Shown here in pieces: positions 54,283 to 64,000 of a DNA stretch of 64,000 bases. The stretch's first letter is position 1. Each line of letters opens with the position of its first letter. Origin of the DNA: Octopus vulgaris (lineage: Eukaryota); NCBI GenBank assembly GCA_951406725.2, contig OX597814.1, positions 89,652,001-89,716,000 on the forward strand, read 5' to 3'. Both the position numbers and the translations under genes were made by a program. Below the pieces are notes generated by a model. That model did not search any database and was not told the DNA's origin. It worked only from the letters and a program-made list of their open reading frames with translations.

Positions 54283-55175
54283 GAAAATAAATATTATAAC
54301 CTTGGTTACGATATATTTCTTTCTTCAAACAATTTAACCAGTTTAATAGCTTTGGATAAGATTCTTTCATTACTATAGAGTGAAAAAAAGGTTTCTATGG
54401 CAGTAACTTCTTTAAGCTTTATTGTAAGATATTCTCATGTGATAAGAATACAAATTTGAGTGTTCCTATTTATCAATGCATTTGAGTTTGGAATTATCAC
54501 CAAGTGACAGTGTGGCAACTGTGATAAGGCGGAAAATATCCAAACTATCATTGCAAATCTTCAAGCTGTTAGCAGAAGATTTTTTTAAAGTATCTTTTCT
54601 ATGCTCATAATAATTCAAGAAGCATATTGCCTGCCGGTAGAAAGCGTTTTCGATTATTTCAGATATTTCCTCACCTCATTGCGTGATGGAACTATAATAT
54701 AAACATTTTTACTTCAATAGTGAAACTAAATTTGCTCTTCAGTTGATAAGTTTTATAATAGGGTACATAAAAAAAAAAATACACAGCTTTATTTTTATCC
54801 GTTATTTTTCTTGTTTCGAAAACTCATTAGTGAAGCTGTGACATTAAAGGTTAAATTTTCATATCAATTGAGCAGATAATTAAGTTTCAAATATAAAAGG
54901 AAGTGACAAAACTTCAATCATAGTATGGTTACTGAATCCAATTCAACACCCACTATTTTTAGTTACACGTTTTAAGATTCTGCAAAGTCTTTAATTATTG
55001 CTAAAGCATATTTAATTTGGGAATTATACCGGCTGCTTACAGTTGTGTTATTTATCATATGTTTGAGTCGAAAAATACTGCTATCAGCATTGAAGAAGTC
55101 TGAAGACAATTTATCTCTTATCGCTTGACAAGGAATTCTATAACTAACCTATCTTATATGTTTGTTTTTGTACAG

Positions 55176-55324
55176 ATGAAACATTGCAATCTGGAAAATG
55201 CTAATCATCTGCCATCCTAATTAACGTATCAAAACAAGCACTCATTAACATACTTTCGATACTTCAGATTACGCTTCTACATATTAAAACGCGAGTAGTA
55301 AGAGATATAACATAACTAAAATAT
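55176..55324 (+). other. Candidate non-coding (UTR/lncRNA) exon
   Basis: ACTAAC branch point, TTTGTTTTTGTACAG acceptor, GTGAGT donor; stops in all three frames. Confidence 0.35.
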
Positions 55325-55777
55325 GTGAGTTTACTTTTTGTAGCTTTATTGGTATACGTTTCTTCATTAAAAAATGTGCGTGTGTTTTGACCTTTAGAAC
55401 ACATATTTGAAAAAAGCGTGTTTTTTTTTAAAAAAAGCTATTTTAAAACAAGTCCATACACACACGTACAAACAAACACATATGCATACACCACATACAC
55501 ACACGCATGTAAATGCAATGCAAAACATATGCATATATATATATATATATTTATATAAGAGCTAAGAAATGGAGCAGGTAAGATCCAGGCTACATATGTT
55601 TCACAGCGAGCGTAACCTCGGAAGTGGCAAATATCCAAGCGAGGTGAATACCGCAAGCTACACTTCTGGCCAAAGGTATCTTGATTAAATGAAGTTTACA
55701 TTGTCATGATAACATGTGGAAGATTCGATCCTTGGATCTTTTATATATATATATGTGTGTGTCTAGGTATGCATGTA

Positions 55778-55832
<55 letters not shown>

Positions 55833-55834
<2 letters not shown>

Positions 55835-56010
55835 GAGAGTTTACGGAAAAAAACAAAAGACGAAGACAGGTGGTGTACAAAACAAACAGATGTATTAGTA
55901 TAATGCTCAGGAATATAAAAAAGTCTTTTACGTTTCGAGCCTACGCTCTTCTACAGAAAGGGACACAGAAAACAAGGAGAGAAACAAGGAGAGAAAAAAA
56001 GGAGAGAAAT
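55833..56010 (-). mobile_element. PLE pseudo-LTR-like repeat with HHR variant (family P1)
   Basis: Minus 55925-55960: CUUU-CUGUAGA-A-GAGC(GUAG)GCUC-GAAA-CG-UA-AAAG; embedded in (TA)n. Confidence 0.72.
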
Positions 56011-56051
56011 ATATATATATATATATATATATATACGTACACACACAGAGA

Positions 56052-56135
<84 letters not shown>

Positions 56136-56799
56136 GAGGAAGACTATTACCGACTGTGCAATCAGACATAAGCATATTTTACACATGCGGCTCTGATGGT
56201 GAATAATGATCTCAGGTCTTGATAAACATACACGTACATAAATCAAACTCCCGCTATTCACAACACTGGCGGTGCGTTTTTGTGCTGTTCGTTTAAGTTC
56301 AGCATGCAAAATGTGTGTTTCTTAAAAAATACCCACTTCTTCCTTCACTTGTTTCCTCAACTATTGATACTGTCCAAAACCAAATTCATCATATTGCATC
56401 TTTTTGGGATCCTCCATTCATTCATTCGAACAAGGCGTCCATTTCAGCTTAATCGATGCTTGTGCACAATCGCCTCAATGCTCAAACTATTACTTCCCCT
56501 CAAGACACGTCCAGAGTCTGCAAGGACAGAGCGAACATTCAGAATGTGCACCAAAGGAACTTACATGTTATCTGTAAAGAGTTCATGTCTCACATGTCAC
56601 TTGAGCAAAGGAGTGACGTCAGCACACACGTGCGGTGCACAGTAACTTCTGTTCTGTTCGTCCCATGTGGGGACCAGACACGCGACTCAAGAGCTCTGAA
56701 AGAATCCGTCGCCTTTGGAAGCCTGAAATATATTTCATCAATCAAAGAGCACGAACGACTGAGTGTATTGTTCAGCTAAACTAATTTGTCGAGCACTTT

Positions 56800-57120
56800 C
56801 AGTACTGTCCTAACAACGTTTCACATATGGATTTCCTGATGCAGGCTGGAACATTACAACTATATTGCAAGATGCAGAAATATGATTCATAAGAACTTGG
56901 AATCCTTGTCCCAGCTCTCTTTTCCTTATATTTTGCTACTACTCTCACTCATACTTTCGCAGTGCATTGCTCGTCTGGGATATAATGAGCTACAGAAGTT
57001 CTGGTTGTCTCTTCAACTTGCGTCGATTTACTGCCAATTTGAAACATTTTCAGTCTCTTATTCGTGACCTATTTTATGTGGATGATTGCGATTTAGCTGT
57101 TCATACACTTGAAAATATAT
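56800..57120 (+). mobile_element. Decayed RTE-like RT fragment
   Basis: IRDLFYVDDCDLAVHTLENI at ~57060-57119; may extend upstream to ~56150. Confidence 0.6.
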
Positions 57121-57189
57121 GATATGATATGATATGATGTGATATGATATGTACATATAAAAGTTTTTCAGAATGCGATAAAAAAACAA

Positions 57190-57540
57190 GGCTGTGAAGA
57201 TTTTAGAACATTTATAAATAGAAGGTCTTACAGCTGCTTCCAGGATATGTATTATATCCCTTCGTCGGAGATAGTGTGAGAAAATGTTTAAGCAATACTT
57301 AATTTAGATAAGATACGAAATAGAGAGTGAAATGGAGGAATGAAAATAGATGTGAGATATGCAGGGATATTGCATTTGTAGATCCATTATTTAGGCAGAA
57401 TGGAATACATATAAGATTCCAATACCTTGTGAGTAAAATCCAATACTATTTAAAATTGGTCATTCCAAGTATAGAGTTTGTATACAGTGCTATTGAATCA
57501 AGGGTTTTATTTAAATAAAACTATATTGGTTTCACGCTCG
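57190..57540 (-). mobile_element. PLE 3' end/pseudo-LTR with degenerate HHR
   Basis: RETNI..K.NP.FN-like ORF end; minus 57226-57271 UCU-CCGACGA-A-GGGAUAU(AAUAC)AUAUCCU-GGAAG-CAGCUG-UA-AGA. Confidence 0.65.
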
Positions 57541-58639
57541 GTTACAGGAAAGTTTTTAAAGTTTCGAGTATAGTTCTCCCTCAGAAAGGAGAAAGGGAAA
57601 AGTTCAAAGAAGAAAAAGGAAAATCGTACAAACATACATACATCCATACATATATGTACACACATGCACACACATGTTATACATGATGCTCGGTGTCATT
57701 CAATTAGGCTATCATGTTTACATCGTTTTCTCGTTTATGAAAGTGTAGTCGATTCTTTCAATTGTATATTTTTAAGCTTTATTCTGTAACTCAAATTCAC
57801 ACAATTTATAAAAGTAGGCTATAGAACAATGTTTGCCCTGGACGAATTCAATAGATCAGAAGACATCCATCAAATGATGACTGGTCGAATTTACTTCAGA
57901 AAAAGGAAAAAAGGGGGAAAAATTGAATGATACGCTCGTGATTGAAGAGTGTGCAAAATATTGAATTCTAATGAAACATTAGTCAGTATCTCCACCGCTA
58001 CCTACAAAAGGGAAATGTAATTTTATTTGATGGCGATCTACTATATAAAGTAAATCGCCATCAAATAGTATTAGAAAAGATTTAGTTAAATAAGTTATAA
58101 AATATAAGCCGAGTAGTGAAATACCGTCTACAGACATTTCGATTTTTAGCTTGGTACTCGGAGAAAAGAAAAAAAAAGCAAGAACAAATATATTTCTCTA
58201 CACCTATGGCGATTAAATACAAAATTATATTCGTTTTTTGCCTTCCTTTCAGCATAAATCGCTGCATTGATAACAAAATATTTTAGTTTGAGCATATTTC
58301 TGATATAAAACTTCAAATAGCAAAGTCAAGAACAGACAAAGTTTTATTTTTTTTTTAATATAGAATACACTTTTAAAGATGGAAAACTTATAGCATACAA
58401 AATGCTATGCAGTATAGGTAACAGAAAATGAAAGAAAAAAATATGAAAATAAAAAACTAATATCTTGTTATGTATTTTCTTTCTCAGTCAGGTAACTAAA
58501 AATAGCAGCAACCATTTTTTATACACAAAAAAATCTTCAAAAGGATAGAAGACTGAACTTCTGATGCATTCTTATATCATTCTTTCTCTATTTGTCTTCC
58601 ACTGTATATTCTCCCCGACAATCTCATATATACATACAT

Positions 58640-58742
<103 letters not shown>

Positions 58743-59599
58743 AAAAATCAATTTATTTACTTATTGTAATTGCAATTTCCTTTCCCTGTTTTTTTCTAGT
58801 TCTTTAGTTTACTATCTTTATCTGTCTATTAAATTTTATAAGCAGACATGAATTTTATACGGTGATAGATATGTCGAAAACACAGTGTAACAGATACAAA
58901 ACAAAGTGTATCTGCTCACCTACTCCCATAGGCACGTATACATGCGTACGTATGTATGGATGTATGCATGTACGTATCTGTAATAAAGAAATAGCATGTA
59001 CGTATCTGTCTGTCCGTCTATATGAGGGTGTATATATGCATGTGTGTGTGTCTGTGACTTTGTGGTATGAATAAAATTATGTTATATAAACTAGCTAAAC
59101 TACAAGTAGCGCAAGACAAATATATTAAAATATGACATATTGTATATCAAGACACAATTTTATTTCTGATAACTGGAGGTACATGAAACACAACCAAAAC
59201 CGTCTGGCGTCGGAAAAAACAAATGAAATATATCTGGACTGAGTCGGAGTGCGTCAAGCAAGAGGCATTGTTATTAAGATGGAATGGTCTTGAATTCGTA
59301 TCTTAACTGTGCGTTATTTATTTACAGTTAAGTGCAACAAATCCGGATTCAATCTATACTGGGAAATGTAATTTTAAATGTATCTTAAAGCGCAGTGAGA
59401 ACATCTTTATACACATAAACACAAACAGACAAACAGACACACACACATTCATGAGCACAAAAATGCCTACTCAATATTTTGAGTACATTATCCTCCCATT
59501 TGTGAACTGGAATGTCCGTACAAATACAAATAACACACACACACACAAACACACACGCACATAAATGTATAAATGTATATAGTTCAGATTTATTGAAAT

Positions 59600-59755
59600 A
59601 CAAAAGACGAAGACAGGTGTAGGAACAACAAGTAGGTGTATTAGTTTAAAACACGAAAAAAACGGAAAAATATTTTACGCTTCGAGCCTACGTTGTGCAA
59701 CAGAAAGGAATAAGAGGGAAACAAATGGAGAGAGAATGAAAAAAAGAAACGGAGA
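59600..59755 (-). mobile_element. Family P1 pseudo-LTR-like repeat, diverged
   Basis: CAAAAGACGAAGACAGGTG...TTCGAGCCTACG...CAGAAAGG shared with 55833-56010. Confidence 0.7.
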
Positions 59756-60142
59756 ACATATGTATGAGCGTGAGTAAATTTGTGTGTATGAATAAATGTA
59801 ATGTTATACTGACTGACATACTGAACTAAAGAATATATATTGATATGTTGTTTAAATTTGCTTAGTCTATTGCTGTAAACTTTCGGTATGAAAAATGCAG
59901 TTAGAGATAAGTGTAGTACATCATTGATATTCTCTAACAAGTTTTATAATGTCAGGTGAGCCTTTAAAGAGTGCTTGTCTTTCCTCAAAACTTCTAAAAT
60001 TTTGAACATCTAATACAGTGGTTCCCAATATTTTCACAGTGGTTCCGAACAGTGGGTTCCAATCCTATTATTTAAATGAGTTTTCCCACGTCCCCTTTTT
60101 AATGTTTGTCCTTATGTGTATATATATATATATAGGTATGTG

Positions 60143-60212
<70 letters not shown>

Positions 60213-60301
60213 TATAATAATATGAGAGAATATTATTCCAAACTTACAGGGAAAAATTCAATTTAGAAATGCTAAATCAAATTTCACAAAATATAATATA
60301 A

Positions 60302-62330
60302 ACTTAGACTTAGACTTAGATATGTTTCGACCAAAGATTGGTCCAGGCCATGTCTAACTTAATAGCACCACCTGATAGGATTATTCGAATCCTGTTTAAG
60401 TCAAGTTTTATTCAAGTAGTGAGTTCTTGTTGGGTGAGTTATATCCAGTTTTGTTCAAGTAGTGAGTTCTTGTTGGGTGAATGGTATCCAATTATGGGTG
60501 GCTTATCTGGTATTCTTTGAAGGAATCTATCCAGACTCTGTTTAAAGTTGATGGGATCCTTTTCCTCTTTGATCTCCCTCGGGACAATGTTAAATAGGGC
60601 AGGGCCTGTTGAGGAAAAGAAATTATGTTGCAGTGTACATATATGTTGTGATCTTGAATTGGGCAGGGGACGTATAGCCCGTGGTCCAAGTCTTGGATGA
60701 ACCTTGAAGCTAATGTTTAGGTCGTTTGGGCAAAGTTGGCGGTATATTTTCCACATCGTACAAATGATGTACCGCTCACGGCGACGCTGGAGGGAGTAAA
60801 GTTTCAAGGCTTTAAGGCGATCTCAATAATCGAGAGCAGCCATGCCTTCAATTTGTTTAGTGAGTGCCCTCTGGGGTGACTCAATTCTGGAGATGTTTTG
60901 TCTTGTGTGAGGAGACCACAGTGGGCAGCAGTATTCAAGGTGTGGCCGTACAAAGGAGGAAAAAAGTGGTATGATGACACCTTGTTCTCTGGACCGGAAA
61001 GTTCTTAAGATCCAGGAACTCATCCTACGAGCTATATCGACCTTCTTGTTGATGTGTGCACTCCAACTGAGATCGTCATCAACAATTACACCCAGGTCTC
61101 TGATATTGTTAGAGGCTGTGAGCGGTTCCCCTGAAGGAAGAGAGTATGGTTGTTTTAGTGAGGAATTTCTTCCAAAATGCAACAGCTCAAATTTTCCCTC
61201 ATTCAGTTGCATTTTGTTTCTGTCTGCCCATTGACTCACAGCATATAGATCAGACTGGAGTTGAGTTCGGTCTGCTTCTTCATTGACGATTTGCTGGAGC
61301 TTAGTGTCATCAGCAAATATTTTCACTTTGCAGTAATGTACGACACTGGAAAGGTCGTTTACGTAAATTATGAAGAGTAGCGGACCCAAAACAGTTCCCT
61401 GGGGAACACCGCTGGTGTCTTTTGCTGGGTTTGAGTGGACTCCATCAACTACAACATGTTGTGTTCTATTCGCCAAAAAAACTTAATCCAGTGTAGAACT
61501 TTTCCACGGATTCCAACGTTTGCCAATTTTGAGAGTAGGATGTTATGGTCTACCCTGTCGAACGCTTTACTGAAGTCAAGATATATGACGTCAGAGTTCG
61601 AACCTGTTCCCAAGGCTTTGAGTACATCTTCAATGTGGTGTAAGAGCTGTGTTAGACAGTCCCTGCCACAGCGAAAGCCATGCTGATTTGCATTTAGGAG
61701 TTTGTGGGTCTCCAGGAAGTCAGCTATCCTTGATCTTAACACTCTTTCAAACACTTTAATGATGTGGGAGGTGAGTGAGATTGGGCGATAGTTGACTGCG
61801 AGGGATCTGTTTCCCTGTTTGAAAACCGGGATGACCGACTGGGATAGAAACTGTTTCGGTATATAACCTGCGTCTAACGAATGTTAGAGGTTGGTCAGAG
61901 GGACTGCAAGTTGGTATCTACATTCCTTCAGGAGACTAGCGGGAAATCTATCAGGGCCTACAGCAGAGTAATGTTTGACCTCATTTATTGCTGCTACGAT
62001 GTCGGTGGCAGTGAAGGTTATGTCTGAGATTTTGTGTTGGGAGTCAACTTCGTTCGTTTCCCTTACGTCAATATCAGTGGGAACACTAAAGACAGAGCAG
62101 TATTGTTTCTGCAGTATTTCTGCCATTTCTTTAGCATCGTGTTGGGGAATGCCGTTATCATCAATCAATGGCCCAATGGGTGAGACAGCGGTTCTATGCT
62201 TATTTGCATAAGAATAGAACACTTTTGGGTTCTGTTTGATGTTTTTGATTACCCATTGTTCCTCCACAGCTCTTTGATCTTCAATGGAGGTTTTCAAATT
62301 GGTCTGCAGATGAAGTTTTTCCATCTCTAG
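60302..62330 (-). mobile_element. CR1-like LINE, 5'-truncated, few lesions
   Basis: NYRPISLTS, QHGFR, YLDFSKAFDRVDH, SGVPQGTVLGPLLF, IFADDTKL, RDLGV, VRPHLEYC, SLQRRR; frameshifts near 61480 and 61885, stop at 60823; (CTAAGT)n tail at 60302-60319. Confidence 0.93.
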
Positions 62331-62484
62331 ATCTAAATTAGAAAAAAACCCCACCTTTTATCAATTCAATAATGATTAATTAAGTTATATCATTTAGAAA
62401 AATTGCATCTTATAGAAAGATTAAATATAAGATAAAACATATAACAAAAAGGTGTTTTTTTTCTAATCCATATATATATATCTA

Positions 62485-63059
<575 letters not shown>

Positions 63060-63061
<2 letters not shown>

Positions 63062-63205
63062 TAGCAAATATTCGAACGAGACCTTCGAAGACCGAAGTGG
63101 AGAAGGGTTCCGTGCCAACGGCGGTCGAGCACGGGTCAGTCGGTTCTAAGAAGCGGGCGAAAGCTTCCACGAAAGGCGCCGGATCCGTTAGAGTTGTTTG
63201 AAATG
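63060..63205 (+). rRNA. Orphan 28S rRNA fragment (pseudogenic; region before and into D7a)
   Basis: AGTAGCAAATATTCGAACGAGACCTTCGAAGACCGAAGTGGAGAAGGGTTCCGTG...CACGGGTCAGTCGGTTCTAAG matches the conserved eukaryotic LSU segment. The match is clear to ~63150; the 3' limit is uncertain. Confidence 0.88.
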
Positions 63206-64000
63206 ATATATATATATATATATATATATAAGAAATTTTGAACTTAGTTCACGGACCCCCAGTATTATCTTTGCAGACCCTAGGTTGGGAACCACTGATC
63301 TAATATATTGTTATGAAATTCACATGCACCAATCTCGGTAATGAAGATACGCTGTCTAAACTCTTTTACCTCATATGATCGAAGTCACCATTATAACTGG
63401 TTGTATATAAAAAAAATGACCTTTCCATTTCACGCATTTCTCCCTTTCCGTCACATATACTAATTTCGTTCAAGCGCCTTTAGTTTCCAGTGACATGGTT
63501 TATTTATTTATTTTTTCTATGATCATCACCGCATCTCTGAAAAGGTGCATCGGTGTTGCAGGAGCTGAACCAATTAGTCCATCTTCTTTCATGATTAGTT
63601 CGTTGTAACATGCATGTGTAGTAGCAATTAGACATATTTTCATCAGGGCACCAAACTGCTGGACAATCAATGTTATTTCTCCAAGAGCTTTTGCTGAATA
63701 AAACACATTTCTATCACTCTTGCTTCTATTTTATATGTTACACTGTCAGAAAATATTTAATACTACATATAGTTATAGTATATTTTTTATGTCATAAATT
63801 AAAATAATTAATAAATAGTCTCAAAAGTTTTCCACATCGAAGAAATCTAGCAAAAGTTAGCGTCAGACATGTATCTGAATGGCAAAAAATAAAAATTCAG
63901 TCGATAATATAAATACAAGCACTGTATAGAAACTTAATATACACTCACTTATTCGGCATCCGGCCAACGACGTGTGCCTCTACTATAGTCTATAGTTTAC

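Noticed and set aside
60823-61476. 217-aa RT ORF as a domesticated or stand-alone reverse transcriptase
   Set aside because: It is one piece of a frameshifted, 5'-truncated CR1-like LINE with its own 3' tail.

Overview
AT-rich, microsatellite-dense eukaryotic DNA with no intact protein-coding gene. The SINE families and repeat landscape point to an octopus or other coleoid cephalopod (inference). Nearly all long ORFs in the track are microsatellite artefacts or decayed transposon ORFs. Transposable elements: a near full-length decayed Penelope-like element (PLE) with a long inverted terminal duplication; many short PLE pseudo-LTR pieces with minimal hammerhead-ribozyme (HHR) motifs sitting in (TA)n; three copies of a ~700-780 bp terminally redundant non-coding element; a complete Tc1 relic plus two other Tc1/mariner relics; Tx1/L1, CR1-like, RTE and R4/Dong-like LINE fragments; a probable composite Helitron; a hAT element with exact 8-bp TSD hosting nested insertions; and over 25 tRNA-derived SINEs. 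Most unusual items: (i) a 28S rRNA fragment ending near the protostome hidden-break site, fused head-to-head to a SINE; (ii) two fold-back hairpins whose breakpoints fall inside HHR motifs; (iii) the retrozyme-like repeat; (iv) two phase-compatible candidate exons encoding an ILEI/PANDER-like peptide with one in-frame TAA. No CRISPR or prokaryotic system is seen. All alignments were done by eye, so boundaries without a TSD or TIR are approximate.
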